DNA of 64,000 nt from Podarcis liolepis. Its lineage: Eukaryota. The position numbers and the translations under genes were made by a program. Numbering within the stretch: the stretch's first letter is position 1; each line of letters opens with the position of its first letter. Positions 24,265-38,458 of this stretch are shown piece by piece. The notes under the pieces were generated by a model, which ran no database searches, was not told where the DNA came from, and saw only the letters and a program-made list of their open reading frames with translations. The stretch is taken from the NCBI GenBank assembly GCA_965112155.1, contig OZ218098.1. One strand, written 5' to 3'.

Positions 24265-25848
24265 CATCTGCTGGTCTGATGGACTTGCTAATAGTCCTAA
24301 ACATCTCTGCATAACTCACTACCACTTAAGGATAGCCACGTCAGGTTAAGCCAGGTGCATTTTTGTTGTTAAAACTCTCCATCTTTCCTTTTAGTACTGA
24401 GTTCCTGAATAAAGTACACTGGTGCATGTAAATACAGAGTGATATAACTACATTGGATTTGCTTTATTTTTTCATAAATTCTAATGAATTGTCAAGCATG
24501 CTTGGTAATGAGGGATGGGGAGAGGATTTTGGTTAGGCTGCTGGCTTCAAACCTTCTCACACTTACGATCTATAGTGGTATAATTGCCCCTTTCCCTGAT
24601 TTTTTGGCATGCTGCCACACAATGGCATTATTATCCAGCTAATATTTCTTAATCATACACTAATACAAAAAAAGCTTTTTCTTTAACCACAAGAAACTGA
24701 CTTTGTATTTTAATCAGTGTGGCATGTGTACAAGCAGCATCCTACTTTCTGAGTGGAGGGGGTGAGGGTTGATGGACATGCTTTGGGAGATGCCTCTTTC
24801 ATGCCACTTCCTTCAGAATGGGGCAACCTGTCAGTCTGCAAGCTCAGTTCGGAGGAGCGATATGGCAGATAGAGTCAATGGTACGGAGTCAAAGTACTGT
24901 CCATGGCAGGGAACATTAGCTGCAGACAAAATTTCATAACAACAAGCAGGTTCACCATAGCTCAGGCAGACACATAGTTCCTCTTCTAATCTCCTAGAGT
25001 CCTATGGGATTAGAATTCCAGAATACTAGGCATTAGAGAAACAGAAAAGCCACAAAAGGACTATTCCTGTGAGAGGCATACCTAGGGTCCCTTGTGCCCT
25101 TAGCAAGGAGCTGAATCGGCACCCACTCCAAGAAAAAAAAAGATCTGCAGTTTACTGCAATTGCCACTTTACTACGTTTTATGTGATCCGAGTACTCAAA
25201 GCATCTGGAATGAGGGTAAGGTGAGGAGGTGATAAAAACCATAAGCCTTTGTGCCATGGTGTGAGAAGACTGGGAAGCTTCTCCTGTATTTGATCTTACC
25301 ACGACAGTGGTGGCCTGTCTCCACATTCATATACGCCATGCACTCCATAGCCTCCAGCAGTCTGCCTTCATACAGCCTTGCCATTTCTCCTGCGGCTCAG
25401 CTCCCAGCTCTTGTCTAAACTCACAACCTTACACAGATAACCGGAGACATTTTTCTGGGGTGATTTTTGTGCCCCACACCCCAGGCCTGTGTCCCTGCCT
25501 GGCAGAGGCTGGTTTTAGTAACTCAACCTCTGATCCCTTTGTGGACGCTTGTAACTCTGATATTTGCTGGCTGGGGTAACACAAGGGTATGTTACCCCAG
25601 AACTTTTCTCAAGTCAGGCACAACCCCCCATTAGAATGGGTAAGAAACCCCCCAAAATCCACTAGTAATGGCACCCATTGACCACAGGTGCAGACAATCA
25701 GCCACAAGTTCATCATCAAAACCATTGACTCAAATAGCAACTGCACTACTATAAATAATAAGTGTAGAAAGGCTCTTTGTCTTTTCTGTAAGAAAAAAAA
25801 CCCCTGTCCTTCTGATGACAGCTTAGACAAAGAAAAGTGGTTAGCAGA

Positions 25849-25897
25849 GAATCATAGAATCATAGAGTTGGAAGAGACCACAAGGGCCATCGAGTCC
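25849..25897 (-). mobile_element. Ultra-short CR1 3'-end insertion
   Basis: Identical to the 3' terminus of the CR1 at 40864; flanked by direct repeat CAGAGAAT (25845-25852 and 25897-25904). Confidence 0.85.
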
Positions 25898-28766
25898 AGA
25901 GAATGTTCATCTGACACGGTTGCCATATGTCTGGGAACTCCCCTCTTTTGGGGTCCTACATGCCCATCGGGGGGGGGGAGGGATTTTTACATTTTAAAGC
26001 AAATGTCCTGGGTGTTGGGGTAATTTTGTTTGTTTGTGTGCTCTGGCGGCTCTGGTTCAGGCTCTGGGCATAGACGGTGCTTGGCAGTGGTGGAGGTGCT
26101 GAAATGCCCTAAAAAAGCTCGACAACTTTTTGTGTCCAGATTTTTGCCTCTTGAAATATGAAGACTAGTTGTGAGTTGCAGCTGGATCACACTTTGTAGG
26201 ACTTCAATATGGGGGAACGGCTTCACTTGGTATTAGGGTTGAGATAATGGCTTCAAAGTCCTGTTTCTATTTAGCAGCAAACACTGTGAAATTCATTCTG
26301 CTCCCTTCTTTCTTGGATATTTTTTCCAGGGTGCCCTCTGAAGGTTAAGACAAGTTTTTGTCTGCCCTGGTATGATTTAAATGAGAGTGTGGATGGAGAT
26401 GGAAGGCAGCTATGCTCGGCAGGGCACTGTTCATCAAAGCACCACGATTCCTAGGAAAGACAAACTTCCTGTCCAGATTCTGTCCATATATTTGGCAACT
26501 GAAGCAGAACCCATAAGTCAAACTCGCACTGAGTGAGGCTGGGGTACATAGCCTCAGCTGAATGAACAACTCAAGGATAGGATGAAGAGGAACACAGGGC
26601 CCCAGAGGAACATAGGCTAAAAAATTGTGATGGGATTCTTGGAAGCATTCTTATTTTTAATAATGGACTCAAATAATATTTTTATAACATTTTAATATAT
26701 TTTTGAATGAATCATCTCTCTGATGATTTTGGCTCTTGCTTCCAGTCTTTTGAACACATGAAACTGCTCTGTGCTGATTCAGACCTTTTGCCTATCCCAC
26801 TGAATATTGTCCACTCCAACAACAGGTATTCTGGCAGATACTCCCTATCACCTACTGGCCTAATGGGAGGAATTCAACACTGTGCTGAGGTGATCTTTCA
26901 GGGCAAACATTTTGGTTTGCAAGGTGAAATGGTCCCCCTCTCACCCCACCATGTGCTGTTCCATGGTTTTCCCCAGCCCACCCAGAGCCAATTTCTGAGG
27001 GGAGATGCATGGAACAGAGGAAAGCCCCACTGCACAAACAGAAACCTTTGTGTAGTGTTTCTGCTGATGGGACTCATGAGTTGAATCCCCTTCAGAAGTC
27101 CCAGGAGGTTAAGGCCTCACACACAAGATCGCCAAACAATGTTATGCTAAGACAAGCATGCAAAGTGAAAAACAAACCAGGGTCATGATCCCAGGGCAAC
27201 ATCAGAAAGCAACAGTCCAGGGACCAGTAGCAGAGGAGCTCCAAACTAGTCAAGAATCTAAAAATCTGTCTTGTTCCAGCATCTAGAAAGTCTCATCCCG
27301 ACCAGGCCTAATCCCAGTTTGCAGCACTTGGGGAGAGGAGAGGATGGGGAAATTACTTTGCAGAGCTAAAAGTCATGCTAGCATTACTCTGCAATCAAAC
27401 ACTGCCCTGTCTCCAGCCAGGAAAATTGGGCTTCATTTCAGCAGGCCCTCAGGTGACATGGTTCAGTTTGATCCTGCTTTGCTAGGTATCGGTCCTGCTT
27501 CGTTAGGTAGGTGGCCTTTTGTAGTTAGTAGCCCATGACAGCATCAGGTGCTGAAATTTAGGTCTGAGTCTCAAAGCCTGAGGTCCACACTTACTCAGCC
27601 AGCATCTTACACATCCTCCTTCTCTACATCCCAAGCACTTCAGCTGAAGTAAACAACAGAGCTGAAATCAATTGGAGAGAGAATGCAGCTGTTATTGCCA
27701 GGGAGAGCACAGAGTCTGCAAGCAAAACACAGTGGGGAGATCTCTTGAAAAACCGGAGGAGTTTAGCTCCGACTCTGTTTGCTGCCAAACAATGTTAGTA
27801 CAAATGGAGCTTAATATTGTCTGGTTGCCTTGTTCTTTTGCTTTCTCTCACACACCTTTTATGCATCAGCTGCACGTTGTGATATCAAAACCCATAGAAA
27901 AGAGGAAACATCACAGGGGGAAGAGAATCAATGTCCCCACCACAGATGTTACTCATAACTTTGAATCCTCCACGCCTGTGAACCGTTTGCTGCTCCCTGA
28001 AGGCAGAGCTGTACTTGGCATACAATTTGCAGCAATCACACAGATGCAGCCGGAGAGGAACAAGCGTTGGATTTGATGGCCTTTTCTTCCTGCCATTTCT
28101 GACATGAGGCATTGTGCACGTTCCTGATGAAGTGAAGACCAGTTGTGACCTCATTCTGCCCCACTGGAATAATTTGAGGGGAGGGGAGGAAACCACATTT
28201 GCAGGAGAGCTGCAAATGAAGTCCCAGCTCTCCCCTGATTTACATTGCTGTTCAGATTGTGGGCAAATACATGAAAATCCATATGGTTAATGATGCATGC
28301 TTCCCATTATTTGACAGCAGAAAATAGGTACACTTGTTTTATGTTACACTAACAAGGGATATACGTCACAGTAATGGGCAAATCCAAGGGTGTTACCATG
28401 GGACCTGGTTCTGTGGCCTGCTTAAGTTGCTTTGAAATCCTGGCTTCAAAAATCTGTTTCCCTGCAGCTAAAGATGGAAGCATGTTTTGTATTTAAAGAT
28501 AATAATTAGCACATTTATATTGCTGAGGCACGTTGGACATTCATAATATTATCAGAGTTTTAAATGAGCTCAAGGAGTTGTTGGATACAGTTCCCAGGTG
28601 AAGCCAACAGCATTTGTAGATGTGACTCAGAGTCAGTTCAGGCATTCAAAATCTTCCCCACATAATGAATTCCCAGTTGTCCCTAGGCCTGTATTTATAT
28701 GGAGAACAGAACTGATGTCCCTGATTACCTACCTGGACACAATTTATGCTGTGATTGTGGGCAATA

Positions 28767-28768
<2 letters not shown>

Positions 28769-28810
<42 letters not shown>
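28769..28810. repeat. (AT)n microsatellite
   Basis: Direct reading. Confidence 0.95.
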
Positions 28811-28815
<5 letters not shown>

Positions 28816-29445
28816 GAACCTTGGGGGCACTGCCAGGGATGCTACAACTATGATTTAGAATTGAGTGCAAGAGGTAGAGAGGCACTGCATTTTGGAATTG
28901 CTGAAATTTGAGACCCCAAGATCTGCCACTGCTGGGAAAGCAGAAAAACTACATAATGCTTCAGCACACAGATCAAGGTTTGTGTGTGTGTGCATGTTTC
29001 TGTCAAGCTGAAGAAGATATAAGGAAGCTAAAGATAGGTACCCCTAACAATATTTGTGCAGATAAATGCCATTTCAGGCAGGACTTTAAGTACTGCTGCA
29101 CCCTGGCATTATCCTGTCACTTGGAGACCATTCTTCTCTAAATGCTCTGGTAATCTTTAATGTGACTAGTTGCATCAGACAGCAAAGGAGCAAATGGATA
29201 TGTGAGGCCATTTACCTGGAACACTGAGCATCTCCAATTATTCATTTTCCACAAGTAACGAAGGAGCAAGTTAACAGCCTGTTGGGTCTGAAACATCTCT
29301 ATTATTTGGAGAGGTAGGTTCAGAGGGCATAGCAATTTTGTTTTTCCAAGATGTTTCAAAGCACGGGCCCAAGAGCACAGAAGGCAAATTCCTATAGGTA
29401 CTACCAGAGAATGGCCTGGGATAATGGGAGTTGTAGTATAGTATC

Positions 29446-29950
29446 TGTCAGGGACCATGCTGAGGAGGCCTGTACTGAGGAGGCATGGTGGGAGCCACCC
29501 TGATCCTGAATCTTCCCAGGAACAGGAGGACAACATAGATTTGGAGCAGTGGTTTGCAGCGGGGCATAGTTCAGAAGGCAGAAGCTGGGAAATACTGTAT
29601 GGGTAACAGCTAGAAGAAGAAGAAACACTGGGAGAGAGAGAGTTAACAGATTCACAATCGTTGGACAGCATTCCTCCACCACCCTCCCCAAGGTCGAGAA
29701 GAGTTCAGAAAGTCTCAGAACAGAAAGCACAGACGGTACAAGCTCAGATTACAAGACGTAGGAGTGGCATAGATTAATAGCGACGGAGCAGGGAGTGAGC
29801 CTTAATTGGGAGCACCACCGTTCTAGGGAGACACTTCCTTTTGCCTCTCGTTGTGTTTATTAAAGAAACTAACTGGTAAGACTTTCTTTTTGTTTGACCT
29901 GCTTATTTACTGCCACACTGGGGAGGAAGCTGATTCCCTGAAGCCTGACA
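29446..29950 (+). mobile_element. Solo LTR (Gypsy-like)
   Basis: TGTCAGG...CCTGACA inverted termini, 5-bp TSD GTATC / CTATC, ATTAAA polyA signal near 29860. Confidence 0.8.
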
Positions 29951-29994
29951 CTATCAGTGGCAACTCATGATGATGATATGACCTCCTGCATCAG

Positions 29995-30155
29995 ACATGG
30001 TGTGCCTCTGAATACAAGTTGCTGAGGATTACAGAGCATGGTTGCATTCATGACCAACTTGTTGTCTTCCCACTGGTTGACCACTATGAGAACAGATTCC
30101 TGGACCTGCTAAGCCTCTGATCTGACCCAGTGGGGTTTTTATTCTGTTCTTATGC
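29995..30155 (+). mobile_element. Old CR1/L3 3'UTR fragment
   Basis: Homologous (reverse complement) to 48045-48230; ends in TTCTGTTCTTATG. Confidence 0.55.
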
Positions 30156-32157
30156 TGCAGCATACCCCTAATGGTCTTGTCTCTACACCTCAAAGGTTAC
30201 ACCTTTACCCTGTTTTTCATTATTCTATAGCAGTTTGGTGCAAGTGAAGAGGAAGGTGGCTAGCCGCTACTCTGACCATTTGGCAAATTGTTTTCAAACC
30301 ATTTCAATCCAAGAGACCACTGTCAACCATCAAAATTTATTCCATGCTGCCATCTGTCCTTAGCAGCGAAATCCTGGCTGCAAGGGAATCAAAGTGTTGG
30401 CAGGCACTAGCTGGGCTGTCTGCTTATTCCCTGATGGGTGGATACCTGCCAACAGGGGATAAATGAATAGATCAGTGGGTGGGCAACCTGTTCAGCACCG
30501 AGAGGCAATTTAGAAATATCCAGAGCCAAAGGGCTGCAGTTAATTTGCATAAATTAGATGCATGTAATTCACAAAAGTGGCAGTCATTTCCATGTGCTGG
30601 CAAGAATGTATTAACAGTATTACAGCATTCTTGATTTTTTGTGGGGAAATGGAGACACCCAGCTTGAAAGCATCAAATGTGAACTAAGAAATCCAGAGAT
30701 CTAGAACACATGCCTCTTTCTCATTCCTTACTACCTTTCACTATTTTTGCCATCATATTTCAAAAACATTTCTCAATGTCACTGAGGATCAGAACCACGC
30801 TCCTTTGAAAAGGAAACCTGGGATTTTGCACAATGCTGACAAGAGGCCACAGAAGCCAAAAACAACCTTATGGGTCTCAGTGTTGTCTCTTCCCTGAAAT
30901 GGGATTGGGAAACCATCAGTAAACCACAGCAGCCTATGGCTTTGGATATTGAGTTAAAGGGCACATGCTCTCATGAAAGCAATGGCGGAGGTGATAGGTA
31001 TACAGTGCATATCTGAGCTATAAATGACTTGGCATGGCTTTGGGGAGTATGAACGGGTTATAGATTAAAACCTGTAGAAGAATCTCCTCAAAGATCTAAT
31101 AAAAACCATATTACTTTGCTTGTTCAAAAGACTCAGCCACACTGTTTGCAACATGTACCATGAAACAAAGCTTGCTTGCTACTTACTGGGCATCCATACA
31201 AAGACTGAGATGAAAGCAGGTTTACTTTTCACAGACATGTTGGGAACATCAAAAGTGCCATATTTTGGCAATTCTGTGAGTGCTGCATAAAAAGGGATAA
31301 GAAATGTCCACCTTTCCAGAAAGGATTGCTGTCACTTGCCAATACTGATGTCAGGAATTAGCCTGCAGCCAATATATTACTGCAATTAAATGTGTTATTA
31401 TTCATTTATCTGAAATATTTATAACCCACACAACAATGCAGGTACCAGAGCAGGGAACAGAACATAAAATAAAACCAACCAACCAATGAAAACATCAAAA
31501 GCACCAACAATACAGATTAAAATATGCCATCAAATAAATAAAGTAGGTGTGTGAAGCCTTCAGAACTTATGAAAAATTGAGCTGAATATAGCCTACTCAG
31601 TTCAGTTTTGATTTGTTCTGAAACAGAGATCACGAGTAAGGAATGAACACAATTGAGTATATTTTTCATATGCATAACAGGGCCAAGAGCTTGCCTTTGT
31701 CCTGTGACAGTAGCAGAGAGGATATTGAAAACAACACTAAGAGTGGAGTCACCATTTTATATTCCTGTAATTATCTTCTGGGTGTTGTATCATTTTAGGA
31801 CATTCTAGAGGGGGAGATGGAAGCTTCCATTTTCTCTCCAGAACAAATGTTATGATGATGATGATGATGAATATCACCATCATCATCATTTGTATACCTC
31901 CCTACATCCGCAGATCTCAGGGTGGTTCACAACATAATTGTTCCTTCCAAGTTGTAATGGCATCCTGTAAAGAATGTGAGCCCTGGTTGGCTGGTCCACA
32001 TATGACTCACCAAGCAAGACAACAACAAAGTAATGAGAAGGAAAAAGTACAAAAGTAGTTAGAAACATAGGAAGCTGCTTTCTCCAGAGCCAGACCATTG
32101 GACATTGCTCCATCTGTGGCTCTGAGTTGCTCACACTGACTGGTTTTCCAGGGTTTC

Positions 32158-32278
32158 ATAGAACCATAGAATTGTAGAACTGTAGAGTTGGAAGGGACGA
32201 GGGTCATCTAATCCAACTTCCTGCAATGCAGGAATCTTTTACCCAACGTGGGGTTCTAACCTACAACCCTGAGATTAA
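32158..32278 (-). mobile_element. Squam2/POM-like SINE (5'-truncated)
   Basis: Reverse complement of the 12000-12137 family, with (ATTCTRTG)-type tail. Confidence 0.75.
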
Positions 32279-32284
32279 TTCATT

Positions 32285-32386
32285 CAGTGGTTTCCCCCAG
32301 CCCTTCTCTAGAGATGACAGGGATTAAACCTAGGACCTTCTACATGCAAGGCACATGCTCTACCACTGAGCTACGGTATTCTCCCT
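32285..32386 (-). mobile_element. Squam3-like tRNA SINE
   Basis: Reverse complement has TAGCTCAGTGGTAGAGCATGTGCCTTGCATGTAGAAGGTCCTAGGTTTAATCCCTG (A and B boxes). Confidence 0.75.
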
Positions 32387-34636
32387 GCAGGTAAACACTG
32401 GAAGTGCTTCCGACCCAAAATAAAAATGAAAGAACATTTGGCAAAGCAGGTTGTTGCAGGCTGATGGATGATGCTTGGTGGAGTCATCTTGTAAAACTGT
32501 GTTCAGTAAACAGGGGGGACATGTTTTATTGCAGGTGGGGGAAATGAAGGCATCCGGTTATGCTGCTACAGGTGCACCATGGCATTTCTTCTCTCTGTGC
32601 TCCTTCCAGTGGTCATTCCTCTGGTCGCTGTGGTGGATACATGACCTGACTGTCTTCCTCCACACTATATACCATCAGTTTTCCAGAAGCAGCTTTTAGA
32701 TTGTGTGAAAGCTCAAATTTAATGTGGGAATTAACAGTTAGGAAAATGTCAGGGAAATGGAATAAACTGTCGTGCGAATGCAGTCCTAGTGTGCAGTTAC
32801 ACATGTCTACATAGAAACCTGCTTGTAACGTGGCACACCTTGTCTCCACTTTGTCCTCACATTATGACTAGCCACAGACAGTTAACCACATCATCGCCTC
32901 CTGCTTACAGTCTACTAAGTAATGTACACTATGCTCTAAATTTGATTCAAACTGCAGGTTCATGAACTCTGAAAGGTGCTATAAATCACTGACTTTCCCA
33001 TCACACATTTACAACATGTTAATCAAATTCTTCTCAGAAGTTGAGGGAGGGACAAAATATTTCCATTCCCACTGTCTGCAAATATCAAAGGCATCAGAAC
33101 AGCCAGAACAGAAAAGTTTTTATAGATTTTATGCTTGGCTTACACACACTGCTGTAACAGTCAATTATCCTAAGACTGAGAAAGGCAAAATTGCATAAGT
33201 TTTGTATAGGAAAAAGCTTCACAGAGATTTCAAATTTTATTTGAATTTTTAATCCTCAGACAGGCATAAAATGGCAGGGATTATAGGTTTTTCTTGCAAA
33301 AGGGGTGTTGGTTTGCAAAGAGGTATCACGAATAGCACACACAGACTTGGGTATCTCATTTCTTCACCTTGAAATGTATGTCTCCAACTCCACCCATACA
33401 ATGGGGATTATTTATAAAGTGACATTAGATTTTCAAAATATCCTTGTTTAAAATATGAGTAAAGTGGCAAACTAAAAGTCGGTATGCCTCAGATCTTACC
33501 AAAAATAATGGCCATAGCATCTGTCTTAATTCCACAGCACCAGATGACTCCAGTGTTATGATGGGACAAAAAAGAGCATTGTTCTTAGTCTTGATATTTT
33601 ATCGGTCTAATCCCAGCAAATCGTTTTCCTGCATAACTATCTTATTGGGAAAGTTGGCTGCAATCCATCAAACACTTCTCTGCCATTAAATATAATTATA
33701 TACTTTGCTGAAATAACCAGATGTTTAGTGCTGCTTTGAGCAGATGCCTGTGCTTCATACTGGAAGGTTATAAACCTATTTACACTAGCAATAAACTACA
33801 CAAGTATTTAAATAATAACATGAATGAGACATCTTAAAATCCCCTCAACAAAAAAAAAATCCCTAGTCATTTGCTCGAATGAATAACATTTAACACGCAC
33901 GATGCAAACACTACATTTAATAGCGACTACCTAGTTTGAATTTCTGGAGCTTTTTGAGTCATAAATCATTCCACTTCCGTGTATCTCTTGCTCTTTACCT
34001 CATCCTCACTTCATTCCCTCATTCCCCCCTCATTTTGTCTCTTTGTCTTAGCTGGGCTAAGGGGGCAGCACTGAGGCTTTGTTTTGTAGTGCTGTGTAAA
34101 ATATATAAAACTTTAAGTAAATAATAAATCATTGATTCTGCTTTGAACCAGAGTAAGCTATCGGTAGCTTTGCAAATGGGTATATCAGATGCTGAAGTTT
34201 CAATGAGCTGGTTGACATTTTTCTTCTCCCTTTAATGACAAACAGGTGCCTTGAGTTATTTTATCTTGGAAAGCAGCATGTAAAGGTTACTGTGAATGGG
34301 CCTGTCACATTTGTTTCTCTGAAGCAATAACCATTTCTGCTTTCTAAAGACCTTCCTCTGGGCATATAAAAGTTGTATAAGTTGTCATAGAACAAGGGTT
34401 CAGGATTATGGGGAAAGTGGGAGTGGTAGGAAAAGAGGGAGGGAAAAATGATTCTGTGGAGTGTAATGGGGTGTATGCCCCACCCCCAACCTCTTGGTGG
34501 TTGCAGCTGGAGTGATCCCACACTCTTCTGGGTTCAAGTAGAAGAGGCAGGCTGGTGGAACCAACTTGACAGCATCAACCAGATCTCCAGCGTTTCTCCA
34601 TGATAGCACCCAAAGTCTGAGACCCTTGCTTTAAAG

Positions 34637-34753
34637 CAGGGTTTCCCAAACTTGGACTATAACTCCCATCACCTGAAGCTAGCAGGACCAGTGGTCTAGG
34701 ATGATGGGAATAGTAGCCAAAAACAGCTGGAGACCCAAGTTGGGCAAACCCTG
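34637..34753. mobile_element. hAT MITE
   Basis: TIR CAGGGTTTCCCAAACTTGG / CCAAGTTGGGCAAACCCTG; perfect 8-bp TSD CTTTAAAG. Confidence 0.92.
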
Positions 34754-35142
34754 CTTTAAAGGGACCTCTCCTAACTCCTCCAAGGAAGGGGCTGTTGAGT
34801 GAGCTCTCAAGGCCTTGAAACAGAGATAAGAGTTATTTATTTCTGTTGTTTACTCCTTTGCTTCAAGCCAATATAGCAGCTGGCCCACATGCAGCTGGTC
34901 CACAGCCTCCTTAGTCTGACACAAGCCTTAGCTATTGCAGCTGTACATGTGACATCATTTGTTATGCCATTACGGGTCAGTCACTTACAGTAGGACAGCC
35001 CTAGAATGTAATGCTAGCATCATGGAGGTGAGGATAGGAGCAAGAGATGACGAGTGGCATGGATGGAGAGAGCTTGGAATGGGCAGCTATCGTCTGAGCA
35101 ACCATTGCCTAGAATTCTTTAAGACCTTTAGAGTGTCTAAAT

Positions 35143-35264
35143 CAGGCATGGGCAAACTTGGCCCTCCAGATGTTTTGGGACTACAACTCCCTAGCTAACA
35201 GGACCAGTGGTCAGGGGTGATGGGTAGTCGCAAACATCTGGAGGGCCAAGTTTGCCCATGTCTG
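35143..35264. mobile_element. hAT MITE
   Basis: About 33-bp TIR CAGGCATGGGCAAACTTGGCCCTCCAGATGTTT; perfect 8-bp TSD GTCTAAAT. Confidence 0.92.
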
Positions 35265-35832
35265 GTCTAAATGCTGAAGCCTTCTTATGTGCAAATAGTC
35301 TCTTTTCAGGTATTTACCTCAGCATGCATTCAGCTATCTATGATCAATTGACCACACTGCTTTACACTCCCCTGAGAATAACTGAGGGCCGGCATGAATC
35401 CATAATCTTCATGATGGATATATGCTGTGTACTGTTTGCCAAGCAGCAACTGAAGTGAGCTGGATTCATTTGGCACATTCGTACACACTACTAATAATGT
35501 TCCAGGAAGTTTTTCTTTGGGAAGAATGAAAGGAATAAAAAATCTGGAACTGAACCAGAACTTAGAGACAAAGGGCTGGATTCAACTATTCTGTTCTGCT
35601 AGTAGAAACGAGTGCAATGACTCTTGCTAGTGGAATAGTATTCCCCCTATTGGGAGAGCCCTCCCTATTGGGGGTTTGGGAGAGCCTCCAGAACAGCACA
35701 TGGAATGGGTGGGAGATGGCTATGTCAGGCAAGCAGAAATGCTTGCACTGATTGAATGATCTCCTTAGCACTTTGTTGAATTCCACACAAAGGAGGAAAG
35801 ATTGCTTTGTCAGATGGAAATGCAAAGCCTTA

Positions 35833-36060
35833 TTAGTAGTAGTAGTAGTAGCAGCAGCAGCAGCAGCAGCAGCAGTAGTGCACTGCCCATCTCACTGGGT
35901 TGCCCCGGCCACTCTGGGCAGCTTCCAGCATATATAAAAACATAATAAACATTAAACCTTAAAAACCTTCCCTATACAGGGCTGCCTTCAGATGTCTCCT
36001 AAAGGTTATATAATTACTCATCTCCTCAACATCTGATGGGAGGGCATTCCACAGGGTGGA
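35833..36060 (-). mobile_element. L2-type 3' fragment with (AGT)/(AGC) trinucleotide tail
   Basis: GCCCATCTCACTGGGTTGCCCCGGCCACTCTGGGCAGCTTCC...GATGGGAGGGCATTCCACAGGG. Confidence 0.65.
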
Positions 36061-38046
36061 ATGAGAAGAGGGTTCTCATGGAGGTGGTAAATGTTTGTCT
36101 GGTTTACTGACCATATCATATACCAGGAAGGGGGAATTGTGTTGACTGAATGCTCACACCAAAAAGAAAAAGGCGGGGAGAAATCCCAGTGACATTGGGT
36201 ATGCCCTAGGCCTAGGCCATGCTTTCTGTCCCCACACACCCAAGTGGATGCCTAGGTCCAGCAGGACTAATCATGGCCCGTTGTGAACTGGGTGTGCACC
36301 CTCAAAACAGTCTCTGTGACAGACAGGGATGGGAGAGAAATCCAACTTAGTTCACTTTTAAAGGCAAATGTACCTAATTCACATTTTCTGAAACAACATG
36401 AGAACCAAAACACAGCCATTCTTTTTTCTTTTTCCTACAATGTTATTGAATTTTTTTACAGAAGTGCATTAGAAGAGTTCACTGAGTACTGCAGCACAAA
36501 TGTACAAAAATAAACATAACCCAAAGGAGCAAGTATAAAAGGAACAACATGTCTGTTGAACAGAATAAACTGTCAATAAACATAAGAAGATTGCATCCTA
36601 TTTACCTATAGTTCTAGACCTCTGGCATCTGCCTGAAGAACAACTAGCACGAAGCTCCAGAGCATATACTTTTAACAGAAGATGGCTGCCTATGAAAGGA
36701 ATCCACATTTGCTTCTAGCTTTGCATCTGCAAACCATCTGGGCATTTATTGAAACAGAGAGGTAATGTACGTGGATGGAAACTTGTTCATCCAAATGGAT
36801 GCTCTGCGATCTTTCTTAAATTAATATAACTAAGAATATCTGCCCTCCTGTTTCCGTGGGATTAACAATGGCTGCTGATATACATTTTTCATGAGGCAAT
36901 CAGACCTGACACCACTTTATGTTTGTATCACACAAGTATGCAAACAGTGTATTGCGCAAAGGGAATTTGCATAAGGAACGGCTGCATTTCTACTCTTCAC
37001 TGCTGGTCACATCACCCAAACTCCTTTGCACACCTCCCTCTCAAGCTGGTTAATATCAGGCAAGCATAAGGAATCAAATGACCTGCCTGCACACCTTTAA
37101 TGAGGCTGACTAGAGATTTGCCACAGTCTTCTATGGCAACCAAGCACCCCTCATTTCCAGTTGCCCCTTCACTTGCACCACACGTTTTTGCCAGGTGATG
37201 TACTGTAGTGGGGTTTGTGCATTTATTTTCCACAGGCGTGCTGACTGACTGCCCTCCTGCCAAGGAGGAGAACAGCATAATTCTGATACCTGCTAATTAG
37301 CCTTGTGGCTCTTAATGAGGCTGCTGCACTATGTTTAATGATCTTTGAACAAGGATTTACTAAGCTATTGAGCCTAAAATACTTTTAAAGGTTAGGGATG
37401 TCTTGCTCATTTGTGTGAAGAATGCAACTCCTGCCTAAAAAAGGTCAACTTGCAACTGTATCAGGGGTCTTGGGGCATCATCTACTATATGCGCATCTCA
37501 CAGTATTTCAGGGGAAAGTAAGCATTCTCTCCCTGCAGTAGAACCTCCTTTGTCTGATCTCCCTTTGACCAGCAGGGACAAATCAACCCACACATCTGGG
37601 CTTCTATGACTGGGGCACTAAAATAGCAGTCCTGGTCTCTGCAATAAAAATAGTCAACACTTTTTTAAAAAGAACAACCTCAAACCAATTGCTATATTCC
37701 TGGTGGTGCTCCAAATGTACCCCTTACTTTAAATTATTTCTATTCACTCATTTTGAAGCAATGTTGCAGTGGGAACATGACCTGCCCATTGCCCATGATG
37801 CAGGATAGCCTGGCCTCCACCAAGGGGGACACTGTGGGAGGTACAATGCATATTTCTCTGTGCAGGGTCCTGGTACACATTGCTCCTTTCTATGAGAGCC
37901 TACAGTATACAACACTCAGTGTAATTATGAGAGTTCTGCTAGAGAACAATAAAAGGCAGTGATCCACAGAGACGTTCCATGTGCATGCTCAGTGGATCTT
38001 CTCATTCTGAACATAAGCCTGGATTAGACATGGTGTGCTGCAAATT

Positions 38047-38458
38047 CCAAAGCAACTACTATATTCTGAACTTAAAAATGGAAAGTGTAATGCTGGTGGT
38101 CGACAAATGAGGTTTAAAGACTTTCTCAAGGCAAATCTTAAAAAAAAAGAAGTAGTATAAACACCAACAATTGGGAAACACTGGCCTGCAAGCGCTCCAA
38201 TTGGAGAACAGCCTTTACCAAAGAGGTCATGGGCTTTGAAGATGCTCAAACTCAGGATGAAAGGAAGAAATGTGCTAAGAGGAAGGCACGCTTGGCAAAC
38301 CCTCACCATGATCAACTCCCACCCGGAAACCTATGTCCCCACTGTGGAAGGATGTGTGGATACAGAATTGGCCTCCACAGTCACTTATGGACTAACTGTT
38401 AAAGCTGTGTTTATGGAAGGAAATCTTACTAGGCTACAAGTGATCGCCAAAGAAGAAG
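38047..38458 (+). mobile_element. 5'-truncated RTE-clade LINE (non-BovB, C-terminal C2H2 finger), decayed
   Basis: Translates to PKQLLYSELKNGK...CPHCGRMCGYRIGLHSHL; (GAA)n tail; 14-15-bp TSD GTGTGCTGCAAATT at 38033-38046 and 38459-38472. Confidence 0.88.

Noticed and set aside
25196-25384. Possible processed pseudogene or endogenous viral fragment (MARLYEGRLLEAMEC...)
   Set aside because: Short, no recognisable motif; would need tblastx to support.
27140-27540. Additional solo LTR
   Set aside because: LTR-like composition and ATGACA end, but no matching start or TSD could be defined.
30491-30511. REST/NRSF RE1 site
   Set aside because: Only the left half-site TTCAGCACC is present; the GGACAG right half is missing.
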